A stretch of 55,906 bases of DNA. It comes from a virus. Taxonomy: Duplodnaviria; Caudoviricetes. Shown piece by piece: positions 10,324 through 19,462 of the stretch. Position numbers and translations under genes: made by a program. The stretch spans positions 1 through 55,906 of IMG/VR virus record IMGVR_UViG_3300031552_000006. One strand, written 5' to 3'. Below the pieces are notes generated by a model. The model did no database searches, was not told the DNA's origin, and was given only the letters and a program-made list of their open reading frames with translations. Position 1 is the stretch's first letter, and every line of letters begins with the position of its first letter.

Positions 10324-11994
10324 TCATTGATATCGTTGTTTAGATTTACCCATTCTTGCCATAGTTTCGTATGCTTGTGCAAGTCTAAAATGATCAGGGC
10401 CTCCCAATTTAGGGATATAAATGTATCTTTTCGTGCCGGTTTTCTCATCTGTCTCAAGTTTTTTTGCTGTGGCATGGCAATGATCAGCATACTTATCTAC
10501 CAATTTAGAGCGATGAGGTAAAAGAAGCGCGCCGGCCGCAAGCTCCTCGTGGCTTTCATCCATGGCGTCGGTTCTGTAACTGTTTACTTTGAAATCTTTT
10601 TCATCCCATTTATACGGACCGGATTGATGCTCTGAAAAGAATGAGAGGAAAACTTTTCCCTTGTGACGATTTGCAAATTTATAGGCGTCTTTCTGGTTTG
10701 GTAATCCATCGATTACACACCGATAAATGTTGAAACGTTTCATGTATTTATCAAGCTCATCCCACCCTTTCAGAATCGATAATTTCAAGATCTGGGCCTT
10801 TATTGTTGAGTGAATCGTAATCTTTTTGCCTACAACGACATGAAACAGGTCCCCTTCACCGCCGCCCTGGTCAACCCCCATACTGCAGGAGCCTGCATCG
10901 CTATCATACATACCCTGTTTACCACAGCAATCATATATCTGCTGATGTGTCAGCCTGTTCTCTGCTTCGATATATGGGCGCCCAAGTCTTAACCGGATAA
11001 AATTCCCACGGTCTACATCCGGGCTTTCCCATACTTTGAGCAATTTTGTAACATTAATCCAGGGATAAGAGGCATGACCAATCGTAAATCCAAGAATGTC
11101 CTTGATATCAGCTTTTTTTGCAACCCATTGACCCAATTGAGGATAGAGTTCTTTTCCACAGTGCCTGCAGGCGCGATACGCCGTTCCATCTTTTCGCCAG
11201 CGAATCGCCAGGCACGGAGATCCATCCTCGGGCCAGTACTCTTCGAGATCCAGGCACGTATACCAGCCGCAATGTATACATTTACAATGCCAATACTCTT
11301 GGCTTGATTTCTGAAACTTAGTATCTGATGCATAATCCGGGATAGTCGGATTTGCGAGAAAAGATTTTGTCCCAATCTCAGATTTGGCAAGGCGCCCGTC
11401 AACAAACTCCTCCGACTTCATATCCATTTCGTCATACTCATCAAAAACGGCATGGTCCGCGGGGTCTCCTTTCAGGTTTGCGCTCGATTTCATATCACCT
11501 CGGCCGCCAATATCCTGCCCGAGTCTACCCGATCTAAAATAAAGAAAAGCATCCCTGATACGTTTCAGGGTGGCAGAATCAGTCCCTTTGACGAATTGTC
11601 CGATAGTGTCTGGATTGTCATCGATTAAAGGTTTGAACCTGGATTTGGAAAAATCTGAAACTTTATCCTTGGAGGGGAAGAGATAATACACGCCTTTTTT
11701 GTAATAACCGGTTATCATCCCATGAAGGGTATTTAAGACTTCTCCTTCCGTGAATGTTCCCTGGGTAGACTTCCTGATTACTTTTTCTGGGGGCCTGACG
11801 CTCATGGGGCGTTGCTGGAATTCATGCCCACTCCATGAGAATTTTGCAGCAACAAGTTTAATCTCATTCGAGAAAGCCCAATACCAGGCATTTGTTATTT
11901 TAAGAGCTTCCTCCGCTTCCGGACTGTATTCTTTCCCCTGCTCTCTTAAAACGAGCTTATAACGCTGAAATTCGCTAAGTTCAATCCCCATCAT
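10324..11994 (-). CDS. terL: Terminase large subunit (GpA-like ATPase plus RNase H nuclease)
   Basis: KSTQGTFTE Walker A variant, AVFDEYD Walker B, NPT motif, CxxC zinc motifs, MGVDQG and DHF nuclease residues. Confidence 0.9.
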   Translation of the reverse strand: MMGIELSEFQRYKLVLREQGKEYSPEAEEALKITNAWYWAFSNEIKLVAAKFSWSGHEFQQRPMSVRPPEKVIRKSTQGTFTEGEVLNTLHGMITGYYKKGVYYLFPSKDKVSDFSKSRFKPLIDDNPDTIGQFVKGTDSATLKRIRDAFLYFRSGRLGQDIGGRGDMKSSANLKGDPADHAVFDEYDEMDMKSEEFVDGRLAKSEIGTKSFLANPTIPDYASDTKFQKSSQEYWHCKCIHCGWYTCLDLEEYWPEDGSPCLAIRWRKDGTAYRACRHCGKELYPQLGQWVAKKADIKDILGFTIGHASYPWINVTKLLKVWESPDVDRGNFIRLRLGRPYIEAENRLTHQQIYDCCGKQGMYDSDAGSCSMGVDQGGGEGDLFHVVVGKKITIHSTIKAQILKLSILKGWDELDKYMKRFNIYRCVIDGLPNQKDAYKFANRHKGKVFLSFFSEHQSGPYKWDEKDFKVNSYRTDAMDESHEELAAGALLLPHRSKLVDKYADHCHATAKKLETDEKTGTKRYIYIPKLGGPDHFRLAQAYETMARMGKSKQRYQ

Positions 11995-12634
11995 CTATGC
12001 CTTCAACCGCCTTTATGTCTTTCAGCAGCATAATGTCATGGATCCGATTTATATCTGCGACGCGCTCCGCTGTCCTGGGGATCAGTAATTCTTTCCGGAT
12101 CTCTTCGGTAAGTTCTGTTAGCGCCTGTCCTTTTTGTTTGTTGTCTTTTTCAAATAAACCATGGTATCGAGCCATCATATCTCTGGATTTATTTTTTTCA
12201 GGAAATTTATATTTTAAGCGTCTATTAACTGTTTCATTTCCTTTTTCAGAAATAGTGGTAGTTTCATATTCTTCATACCCCATTAAGCAAAGTGCTGTCT
12301 CGGCATCTAAATCATTGATTCTTTTATAATTTCCATCCTCGTCCATAAGCTTTCGAGGATCAAAGCGAGATTCCATGGTTAACCCAACCAATATTTCCTC
12401 AATTGAGGCGATTTTTTCTTCATTCAATTGTTTTCTGAGGATTTTTATCCTTGTCTTAATCTTGTCGAGCTTATCAAGGCGACAGGCTTTTTCATGTATC
12501 GTTTTTTGTTTCCATTTTTCTGATTTTGGAAAAGCTTTCCGGAAGGCAGTGGATTTAACATTATAATTTAATGGATTAACTCTTTCCTGGCAATATATCT
12601 CTTCATTTATACTTAATTTATCTTTATTAGCCAT
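11981..12634 (-). CDS. terS: Terminase small subunit
   Basis: Upstream of and overlapping terL; N-terminal HTH-like part, FDPRKL and K..DMMARYHGLF motifs. Confidence 0.8.
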   Translation of the reverse strand: MANKDKLSINEEIYCQERVNPLNYNVKSTAFRKAFPKSEKWKQKTIHEKACRLDKLDKIKTRIKILRKQLNEEKIASIEEILVGLTMESRFDPRKLMDEDGNYKRINDLDAETALCLMGYEEYETTTISEKGNETVNRRLKYKFPEKNKSRDMMARYHGLFEKDNKQKGQALTELTEEIRKELLIPRTAERVADINRIHDIMLLKDIKAVEGIDDGD

Positions 12635-12924
12635 ATTTTCCCTTATATCTTAAGTTAACGTCTGGAAAAGTGTAGCCATGATTGTGAATTTTTGTCAATT
12701 TTTAAACATAACTTTACAGATTTAAAATTCCATGCTATTTTCGGAGGTACGAACGCGCGACCAACTTTTTAAAAACATATAAGAAGGTGGGAGCCGCTGA
12801 AAGCGCGACCGATGCTGGGTTGCACTCCCCGAAACTTCGACCTCTCTTCCTCAAGATTTTCATGAACTTTTTGTAGTTTGACATTTTTACCTTAAATATT
12901 TTTTAAAAATAATCACTTTTTTAC

Positions 12925-12953
12925 TTGACATAATGATATAATGATACTATATT
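12925..12953 (+). promoter_or_regulatory. Sigma70-type promoter with ATAATGAT repeats in the spacer
   Basis: TTGACA-17 nt-TATATT ahead of AAAGGAG RBS and ORF 12990. Confidence 0.8.
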
Positions 12954-12989
12954 ATATGTAACATTAACAATCAAAAAGGAGAGAAAATC

Positions 12990-13304
12990 ATGAAAAGAAT
13001 TAATATTTACGAAAGTAATGAGTATGGAGATAGGATTTTTATCGGTTGGTTTAATATGGACTCTGCTACATGTTTAGCCAAACATCAACGGGGGGACGCA
13101 TACACAGAATATACATGGGTATATTTGACAGCAGGAGGAAAGCTTATTGTTGAGAGAAGTAATAACTCAGGGATGAGGGAACATTATTCGCCTATCTCCG
13201 CTAAAGAGGTTGTCATGTTAATAAACGAATCAGGTACAAGTGAAGGCCATGAGTGGGCCGAAGGCAAAGGATCCGAAGAATTTGCAAAAGCTGAAATAAA
13301 ATAA
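12990..13304 (+). CDS. Hypothetical early/moron protein
   Basis: Strong RBS, directly behind promoter. Confidence 0.8.
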   Translation: MKRINIYESNEYGDRIFIGWFNMDSATCLAKHQRGDAYTEYTWVYLTAGGKLIVERSNNSGMREHYSPISAKEVVMLINESGTSEGHEWAEGKGSEEFAKAEIK

Positions 13305-13350
13305 TAAACAGACCCAGCCGGCAATGGCCGGTAAATCAAAGGAGAATGCC

Positions 13351-13521
13351 ATGAAAAAACTTTATAATTTTAAATGGTTTGCAATCAGCGATAAAAACTA
13401 TACCGATGATGAATTATTGGCGCGGGGATATCATTGGCATACTGGCACGCTCGAAACCGGGGCTATCTACTCTAAACAGATTAAAAATAGTGTTATTTAT
13501 CTGCGTTGTAACCTTGTTTAA
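13351..13521 (+). CDS. Hypothetical protein (MKKLYNF...)
   Basis: AAAGGAG RBS before ATG 13351 within ORF 13324-13521. Confidence 0.65.
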   Translation: MKKLYNFKWFAISDKNYTDDELLARGYHWHTGTLETGAIYSKQIKNSVIYLRCNLV

Positions 13522-13556
13522 TCCCTGCTAGAGCCTCTGGCCACTCAGGGGCTTTA
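13517..13556 (+). repeat. 40-bp intergenic hairpin repeat, copy 1
   Basis: TTTAATCCCTGCTAGAGCCTCTGGCCACTCAGGGGCTTTA; one mismatch to copy at 14124. Confidence 0.9.
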
Positions 13557-13597
13557 TGGAGTGATTAAACTGTAAACACACATAAAGGAGAAAGAAA

Positions 13598-13759
13598 ATG
13601 GTAAAAGATTACAAAACACGGGAAACATTAGATAAAATACCTCATAACCAAAAATTTAATATCTCTCAGTGGTGTTATCTATACAATCGAGATAACGACA
13701 CAAACTATTTACCGCATCATTATAACGCCTCAAAAGGAATCTGGTTTGTTATTAAATAA
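13598..13759 (+). CDS. Hypothetical 53-aa protein (not in the ORF track)
   Basis: AAAGGAG RBS; MVKDYKTRETLDKIP...WFVIK. Confidence 0.65.
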   Translation: MVKDYKTRETLDKIPHNQKFNISQWCYLYNRDNDTNYLPHHYNASKGIWFVIK

Positions 13760-13776
13760 TAGCCAAGGAGAAAAAA

Positions 13777-14121
13777 ATGGAAACAAGAAAATTAAGAATC
13801 ACAGCTTTAGAAGACAACCGCAGACGTTTCGCAGTAGTATTTATGGGCGTAAAAGTAGCAGTCGCGTTTGATCGTGACAGTGGTGCTAAAGTTGGCTACA
13901 ATGCCCGTTTGATATCTGGTGATATCGACTCCGGCGGATCTCGTAAAAATTGGTATTGTATTGTTGCCGAAGGCACAATCTTTGAACTTGAAGTTGATGC
14001 CGAGTTTTACGAGAAAAACAAAAACCGCATCAAGAAATGGAAGATTGAAGAACTTGACGATTTTACGATGTCAAAAGAGCGCTCCGATGCTTTAAAATCA
14101 ATGGATGATAATATTGAATAA
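13777..14121 (+). CDS. Hypothetical protein
   Basis: AAGGAG RBS; 114 aa. Confidence 0.8.
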   Translation: METRKLRITALEDNRRRFAVVFMGVKVAVAFDRDSGAKVGYNARLISGDIDSGGSRKNWYCIVAEGTIFELEVDAEFYEKNKNRIKKWKIEELDDFTMSKERSDALKSMDDNIE

Positions 14122-14123
14122 TC

Positions 14124-14163
14124 TTTAATCCCTGCTAGAGCCTCTGACCACTCAGGGGCTTTA
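14124..14163 (+). repeat. 40-bp intergenic hairpin repeat, copy 2
   Basis: Near-identical to 13517-13556. Confidence 0.9.
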
Positions 14164-14231
14164 AACACACAAAGAAGCTCATTAAAAATATAATTAGCCT
14201 TTTTACCGCCCTATTGGGCAGGAGGAAGAAA

Positions 14232-14366
14232 ATGGATAATAAAACAACAACAATCCGAATCCCAAAAGACCTCCATACCCAGATCATGCACAAAGTGATT
14301 GATCTAGGTATATCGTTCAACACCTTTATTCTGCAAGCTATCAAAGAAAAGATTGCTAAAAAATAA
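14232..14366 (+). CDS. Ribbon-helix-helix (Arc/CopG-like) regulator, 44 aa
   Basis: MDNKTTTIRIPKDLH...GISFNTFILQAIKEKI pattern; AGGAGG RBS. Confidence 0.8.
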   Translation: MDNKTTTIRIPKDLHTQIMHKVIDLGISFNTFILQAIKEKIAKK

Positions 14367-14399
14367 TATCATTATCATTTGTCAAAGAACAGTGAAAAA

Positions 14400-14426
14400 G
14401 CGATCCGTTTACATGAAACGGATCGC
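14400..14426. terminator. Hairpin at convergence of operons
   Basis: GCGATCCGTTT-ACATG-AAACGGATCGC, U-tract on minus strand. Confidence 0.75.
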
Positions 14427-14547
14427 CCGTTGTTTATAACCACCTCATGTCTGATCGAATAAAAAATTAATATTCGTCATATTTATCTTCCTTCATACCA
14501 ATTATTTAAAAATTTTTTAAACTCGGTTTCTTTTCTATAATTCCTAC

Positions 14548-14895
14548 CTACAGACTTTCCTCCGGATCGTACTCATCCAGAGAATCATCATCCATTTCCT
14601 GCTGTTTAAATGGAATCTGCCGCTGCGGATCAAATCCTATTTCCCATGCAACAATCGGTCTTGAATCTATCCGTTTTGCCATTTCCCGGGCGATTTGTTC
14701 AGATACAGGATTTATCCCATAAATTGCAGCGGGACCGAAAAATCTTGTAAACCCTTTAACATCATCCTTGACTTGTGGCACGTCTACCCGGATAAAAGTG
14801 GCACCTCCGATCTGTGCATCTGAAACAAGTCCCGCAATTCTATTATGTCCAAATAATTCAATCACACACCATTGTTCAAATTTTTCCTGTTCCAT
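14548..14895 (-). CDS. Conserved-looking hypothetical phage protein
   Basis: WCVIELFGHNRIAG..FIRVDVP..AIYGINP; AAGGAG RBS. Confidence 0.75.
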   Translation of the reverse strand: MEQEKFEQWCVIELFGHNRIAGLVSDAQIGGATFIRVDVPQVKDDVKGFTRFFGPAAIYGINPVSEQIAREMAKRIDSRPIVAWEIGFDPQRQIPFKQQEMDDDSLDEYDPEESL

Positions 14896-14951
14896 CTATT
14901 TGTCTCCTTTTTAAAATGTTATTATTAATAACCCTCATACCATTTTTCGCT

Positions 14952-15410
14952 TTAATTCTCATAATATTCCTTTAATAGCCGGCCCTTTGTCGGATGCCGT
15001 AATTTTCTCATCGCCCCCCCTTTTTTTACCCTTCCTAATCCCTCAATTTGTCTGACCCGCTCTCGGGTTATCATCATTGAATCGCCGATTTCTTCCAGAG
15101 TACCACCTCCTTTATCAGCAATATCAAGCACACATGTTTCCGGAAGGGAAAAGATCATGTCTATAAAATATTCATCCAGGTCCTCGTCAGGAAACCAGGC
15201 CCCAGATCTATGCTGTAATTTTTCCCAGACAATTGTGACTGTATTCAAAGCTTTTTTTACTTTTTTTTCCATCAGCATCGAGGCTATGTGATAATAGCAG
15301 CTGATAAAAGGGCAGGGGCGCGGGCGTTCAATGCACTCTATGCGCTTCCTTGGCTTAAATTGCCGGTTCGCCCATGTATCTTTTCTAATCATTAACACTC
15401 TTTTTTGCAT
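14952..15410 (-). CDS. Sigma70 region-4 HTH protein with Cys cluster (possible late regulator)
   Basis: TLEEIGDSMMITRERVRQIE; RPCPFISCYYH. Confidence 0.85.
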   Translation of the reverse strand: MQKRVLMIRKDTWANRQFKPRKRIECIERPRPCPFISCYYHIASMLMEKKVKKALNTVTIVWEKLQHRSGAWFPDEDLDEYFIDMIFSLPETCVLDIADKGGGTLEEIGDSMMITRERVRQIEGLGRVKKGGAMRKLRHPTKGRLLKEYYEN

Positions 15411-15417
15411 TTTTTTC

Positions 15418-17112
15418 TCAAATAAGTTGGTTTTCTTTTATAGCGCTCATTATTGGTATTACTACCTGCCATACTATTCCATTTCCGAAAGCACGGAGGA
15501 GATCATTTCTATGGGGATACCTATGAGCCAGGACTGGAATATATTTCACGTAAAACATTCCACCAATACCATCCCAGATCCTTTTTTTACTTTCGTCAGA
15601 TATGGTTGTCCATACTTCTTGAATCTCAGGTAATGTTTTTCGCAATAACCCACTGATAATTTCGATGATTCCACTCCACAAAATTTGCAATAAAGCTTTA
15701 CCTTTGGTCTCTTCCGATATTCTTTCCAATGATATTTCAGATGACATGAGCTGCATAAAGTCTCTAAATTCTGCGGGTCGTTGTTGATAGGCTGAAAATC
15801 CTTGTGATGAACATGAAGGTCTTTCTCCGCTCCACATTTCTGGCAATAAGGTTTCAGATATTGCGTGGCTCTTTTGTGATATTGATTCTCTTTCACGACT
15901 TTTCTCGAATTTCCACAAATACGATTGCAATATTTCCTCCGCAGGAACACCCCACGATCTTCCAATCTCCCGTTCATTCTTTTCCTGATTAATTGCTTTC
16001 CGCAAAATTCGCAGTATTTTATAGGGTCTTGTTTGATTCTCGGCGCCATCTATTTGTCCTCCTTTAAATAATTCATAGTTTTCTCTATCATTGAAAGCGG
16101 AATACCCATCAAATATGCAACAAAACTCGGAGAAAGCCGGAGGGATTCGCCTTTGTTTTCCGTCGTATCCTGTGATCCAGTCGTATTCATCCCAAATTGA
16201 ACAAAGTTTCTTAACCTCTGGTCGCAAGTCTTTAAAGTTTGGCTTTGATAGCGTTCCTTCACTTTTAATCCATCGGTTTTGTGATCTTCCGTTGAAGGTG
16301 TCGGCCACATCGCAAAGACTTGTCTCGGGAGTTGATCTATCCTCTGCCGACTGCTGCCGTCCGGGTTTATCCCCGACTGATTCATCCCATGATGGAGTCT
16401 TAAAAGACTCTCCTCTATACTGACACCTCTCGAATGCTTCAACCGATTTATTAAACATTCGCCCCTCGGACTGCCTTTGCTGTCTGACGCTTTTGGAGTA
16501 TTCCACATTGCCATTTTCGTTTGAGTTGACAATCCGTCCTGACTCGTTTTCGATGCGCCTTTTCGATTGTGATTGCCATTGACTGTCGGCGTGGCCCACA
16601 ATGAACACCCTATCTCTTTTGTGGGGCGCGTTTTGGGAACAAGCTGGAAGAACAATCGGCGGGAGGACTTCGTAGTTTTCATTTTCCAGCTCAGTGTAGA
16701 TTCGGTCGAGAAGTAATCCTCCGTCAAGATTGAGGAGACCATAGACATTTTCCAGGATGATATTTTCGGGGTGAGCATTCTGTATGATTCCAAGAGTTTC
16801 CGGCCACTTCCAGCGGTCATCTTTGTCTCCCTTTCTTTTACCTGCGATGGAGACTGGTGGACAGGGAATGCCTGCCGTAAAAAGGTCAATTGTTGTTCCG
16901 TCGTGTCTGTAAGTTTTTGCATCGTCATGTATTGGTACTCCCGGGAAATTTGCTTTAAGCCATTTCTGGCAAAATTTATCTATCTCAATGAAACAATGGT
17001 TTTGATGTGATTGTCTCCACACATATTTAGCTGCCAAGGTGAAAAGACCGAGACCCGCGAAGGCATCCAAATGTTTAAACCCGTCCATCTTTATCCCAAA
17101 CATCATTGACAT
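15418..17112 (-). CDS. DNA cytosine-5 methyltransferase with very long variable region
   Basis: Motif I FAGLG, IV GIPC, VI ENV, VIII HKRDRVF, X AFGNGIV. Confidence 0.85.
   Translation of the reverse strand: MSMMFGIKMDGFKHLDAFAGLGLFTLAAKYVWRQSHQNHCFIEIDKFCQKWLKANFPGVPIHDDAKTYRHDGTTIDLFTAGIPCPPVSIAGKRKGDKDDRWKWPETLGIIQNAHPENIILENVYGLLNLDGGLLLDRIYTELENENYEVLPPIVLPACSQNAPHKRDRVFIVGHADSQWQSQSKRRIENESGRIVNSNENGNVEYSKSVRQQRQSEGRMFNKSVEAFERCQYRGESFKTPSWDESVGDKPGRQQSAEDRSTPETSLCDVADTFNGRSQNRWIKSEGTLSKPNFKDLRPEVKKLCSIWDEYDWITGYDGKQRRIPPAFSEFCCIFDGYSAFNDRENYELFKGGQIDGAENQTRPYKILRILRKAINQEKNEREIGRSWGVPAEEILQSYLWKFEKSRERESISQKSHAISETLLPEMWSGERPSCSSQGFSAYQQRPAEFRDFMQLMSSEISLERISEETKGKALLQILWSGIIEIISGLLRKTLPEIQEVWTTISDESKKRIWDGIGGMFYVKYIPVLAHRYPHRNDLLRAFGNGIVWQVVIPIMSAIKENQLI
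15546..16049 (-). CDS. HNH endonuclease nested out-of-frame in the methyltransferase gene
   Basis: CxxC...LHVHHKD...NN..NLETLCSSCH; own AAAGGAGG RBS. Confidence 0.85.
   Translation of the reverse strand: MAPRIKQDPIKYCEFCGKQLIRKRMNGRLEDRGVFLRRKYCNRICGNSRKVVKENQYHKRATQYLKPYCQKCGAEKDLHVHHKDFQPINNDPQNLETLCSSCHLKYHWKEYRKRPKVKLYCKFCGVESSKLSVGYCEKHYLRFKKYGQPYLTKVKKGSGMVLVECFT
16050..16928 (-). CDS. Overprinted W-x-TP-repeat ORF inside the methyltransferase gene
   Basis: 292 aa open alternate frame with WATP/WNTP/WPTP repeats and LSPSFVAYLMGIP (resembles MTase motif IX). Confidence 0.6.
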   Translation of the reverse strand: MTMQKLTDTTEQQLTFLRQAFPVHQSPSQVKERETKMTAGSGRKLLESYRMLTPKISSWKMSMVSSILTEDYFSTESTLSWKMKTTKSSRRLFFQLVPKTRPTKEIGCSLWATPTVNGNHNRKGASKTSQDGLSTQTKMAMWNTPKASDSKGSPRGECLINRLKHSRGVSIEESLLRLHHGMNQSGINPDGSSRQRIDQLPRQVFAMWPTPSTEDHKTDGLKVKERYQSQTLKTCDQRLRNFVQFGMNTTGSQDTTENKGESLRLSPSFVAYLMGIPLSMIEKTMNYLKEDK

Positions 17113-17219
17113 ATTTTTCTATTTTTTGCTTTTGTCTGCGCTGATCATGGATATCTTTTGAAGCACAAACCCTGAGATATGGTTGCACGATGTTAAACAG
17201 TTTTATTAATATATCATTG

Positions 17220-17702
17220 TCAATCCGCATGATATTCACCTAATGAATAATACCAGGTAATGACAGTCTTAGCCTTTTCAAAACCCCAGCATACTTTTAC
17301 ACAGTATCTATGTTTCTGTAACCGTTCGATCCATTTGTCCTGGTTTTTAGAAGTTCCGGAGCCTCCATCACTTCGTTTCATTTCTATGTATAAGCCGTGA
17401 TATGTTCCACGGGGAACTGGTAATATCAGGTCCGGAACTCCGCTTTTAACTCCTTCTGAAGAGAGGAGGGCCGCCGTTTTTTTATCTCTCAGATCCCCGT
17501 TAGGCACCGCAAATATTAAATCAAGATCAGGATATTGATATTTCATTACCTCACACCAATAAATAAGGGAGCGCTGTTCTTCAGCTTCTGATGGAATTAA
17601 TTGTTTCGACACCGATTTTTTAATATGCGATTTTATACCTGGCTTGTGAGCGAACCTGTCTGCCCAAGCCAAAGCCTCTTCTTCTGTGTTAAATTTTAGC
17701 AT
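17220..17702 (-). CDS. VRR-NUC domain nuclease
   Basis: FAVPNG, GVKSGVPDL, LYIEMK, Q..W...L. Confidence 0.9.
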   Translation of the reverse strand: MLKFNTEEEALAWADRFAHKPGIKSHIKKSVSKQLIPSEAEEQRSLIYWCEVMKYQYPDLDLIFAVPNGDLRDKKTAALLSSEGVKSGVPDLILPVPRGTYHGLYIEMKRSDGGSGTSKNQDKWIERLQKHRYCVKVCWGFEKAKTVITWYYSLGEYHAD

Positions 17703-17745
17703 AGCTCCCCAGATGTAATTTCCTTTCCTTGTGAAAATCTAACCA

Positions 17746-18564
17746 TTATTTCCTGTAACTATCCCAATTAAAAAGAAGTTTTATTCCCTGATTTTCCCGC
17801 ATCCGATCTATAATTCTTTCCCCGCAATGCCTTGTGAGGTCTTCAAAGTTTAGATTAGATGCGAGTATTGTAGGAAGAGATCTTTCATACCTTCCATTAA
17901 TTACCTGATATAATAAAATCTTTTCTGTTTCACTACCGAAGGAAATCCCCACTTCATCAATTATTAAAACATCGGGTTCACAACATTGATTTATTATCAT
18001 TTGCTCATCCGGCCCAGAATTTTTCCAAGTGTCTTTTATTCTTCGAATTAAATGATATTCAGTAAGATATAGTGAGCAGTAATCATGCTCTTTAAATTCA
18101 AAATCACTATATTTTTCATTAAATTCATATGCTACATAAGATTTTTTAATAATTTCTTTTATCATACAGCAGATAATTAAAGTTTTACCAGTCCCCGGGG
18201 GGCCATATATTATTATACTGCGCCCTACTTCCCTATTCTGATCAATGTTTAATATATAATCTTTGATTGTATTAAGAACCTTGACTTTACCTGCGTGCTC
18301 ATCTGTTTTAAAATCATCAAGCACATTTTGTGAAAATCTTTCTGGTACGCCAGAGTGATTTAAAAAACTCTTTATCCGCTCATTTGTTCTTTCTGTGATG
18401 ATCTTGTTCTGTTCTTCTTCTTGGCATTTTTGGCATGAACCAATTAATTTTTTTTCCCCATAAAAATTTTCAATCTCCTTTAGAGGATATTTACCATGTT
18501 TTTCACAATATCCTTCTTTATCTTTGGTAATAGTCTGGATTTTTAAATTGTTCTGATTTTCCAT
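17746..18564 (-). CDS. DnaC/IstB-like AAA+ helicase loader
   Basis: GPPGTGKT, LIIDEVG, INGRYE, SNL, RIIDRM. Confidence 0.9.
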   Translation of the reverse strand: MENQNNLKIQTITKDKEGYCEKHGKYPLKEIENFYGEKKLIGSCQKCQEEEQNKIITERTNERIKSFLNHSGVPERFSQNVLDDFKTDEHAGKVKVLNTIKDYILNIDQNREVGRSIIIYGPPGTGKTLIICCMIKEIIKKSYVAYEFNEKYSDFEFKEHDYCSLYLTEYHLIRRIKDTWKNSGPDEQMIINQCCEPDVLIIDEVGISFGSETEKILLYQVINGRYERSLPTILASNLNFEDLTRHCGERIIDRMRENQGIKLLFNWDSYRK

Positions 18565-19327
18565 TTATCCCTCCGTTGCTCATTTTCATCCACAATTGAT
18601 CAAACTTTTCTCTCAATTTCTGAGTCGATAATATATTAACCTTCCAAAAGTTATCTGATTGGCAAAATTCAATAATTATTCTAATATCTTCTGGAGTTCT
18701 TTTATCAAGGTGTATCATTAAATCAATATGTTTTGACCATATCTGTAGGTTTGGGTCTTTAAAGCGTGAATTATTCTCTTTTATTTTTTCCAAAAGAAAT
18801 TCTGCAAGTCGGTATTCGATAGAATCCGACAAGTAGTTATTTCCTTTCCTTTTATTTCCTTTTATTTCCTTTCCTTTCCTTTGTGTATTATCAGGGTAAG
18901 TTATAGGGTTTTCATCGGAAGTTACTGGATAATTATCGTAAGAAACGTATTTTTTGACCAATTCTGCCATTGTAATTATCTTATTTTTGCGATTTTTATA
19001 TGCCTCGGTTAAACTATCAAGAAGATCCTGTGAAGCAATAACTCTTACTTGCCATAACTCCTTGTTTATCTTACCTGTTTTTGACATTATGTTAAGCATG
19101 TCAAGAGCTGATTCTTCATCGCAATGGCACTTAGAGAAAAAATATAACTTATCGGTTTCTTCCTGAATATTAACGTGATGATGGGTTTCAAGGGTAAGAA
19201 ACCGCATAACATTGGTAAAAAACCCCGTTCCTTTGCATTGATATTTACTTTCAAGAAGAAAAAGAGTTCGTCCATCTTTAGCATAAAATGGAAAATAATC
19301 AGCGTTTGCGCGTTCAGGTCTAGCCAT
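18518..19327 (-). CDS. Replication initiator (DUF4373/Lin1244-like N-terminus)
   Basis: MARP...DYFP start, QRKGKEIK linker, FWKVNILSTQKLREKFDQL C-terminus; upstream of DnaC-like gene. Confidence 0.82.
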   Translation of the reverse strand: MARPERANADYFPFYAKDGRTLFLLESKYQCKGTGFFTNVMRFLTLETHHHVNIQEETDKLYFFSKCHCDEESALDMLNIMSKTGKINKELWQVRVIASQDLLDSLTEAYKNRKNKIITMAELVKKYVSYDNYPVTSDENPITYPDNTQRKGKEIKGNKRKGNNYLSDSIEYRLAEFLLEKIKENNSRFKDPNLQIWSKHIDLMIHLDKRTPEDIRIIIEFCQSDNFWKVNILSTQKLREKFDQLWMKMSNGGINGKSEQFKNPDYYQR

Positions 19328-19345
19328 TAAGCATCTCAAATACAC

Positions 19346-19462
19346 ATCGCCACTTTCCAAGGACAAAAGGAAATGAGTCTGCGAGAACACAAATACCTAA
19401 TGGTGAGTTCCCTGGAAAATGGCGATCTATTTTTGATGATGTATGGTATTTATATTCTCGCA
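19346..19462 (-). promoter_or_regulatory. Structured leader with two interleaved 18-bp inverted repeats
   Basis: A 19445-19462 / A' 19380-19397 and B 19409-19426 / B' 19346-19363. Confidence 0.7.

Noticed and set aside
12790-12840. Hammerhead ribozyme (CTGA...GAAAC)
   Set aside because: Core reads CTGAAAG rather than CTGANGA, and the stems do not fit hammerhead topology
16047-16052. Amber readthrough or recoded genetic code joining the WxTP ORF and HNH
   Set aside because: The HNH has its own strong RBS, long genes are intact under the standard code, and no suppressor tRNA is seen
18841-18955. Replication origin iterons inside the initiator gene
   Set aside because: The repeats are short, degenerate and explicable by the K/G-rich linker coding; plausible but not supportable
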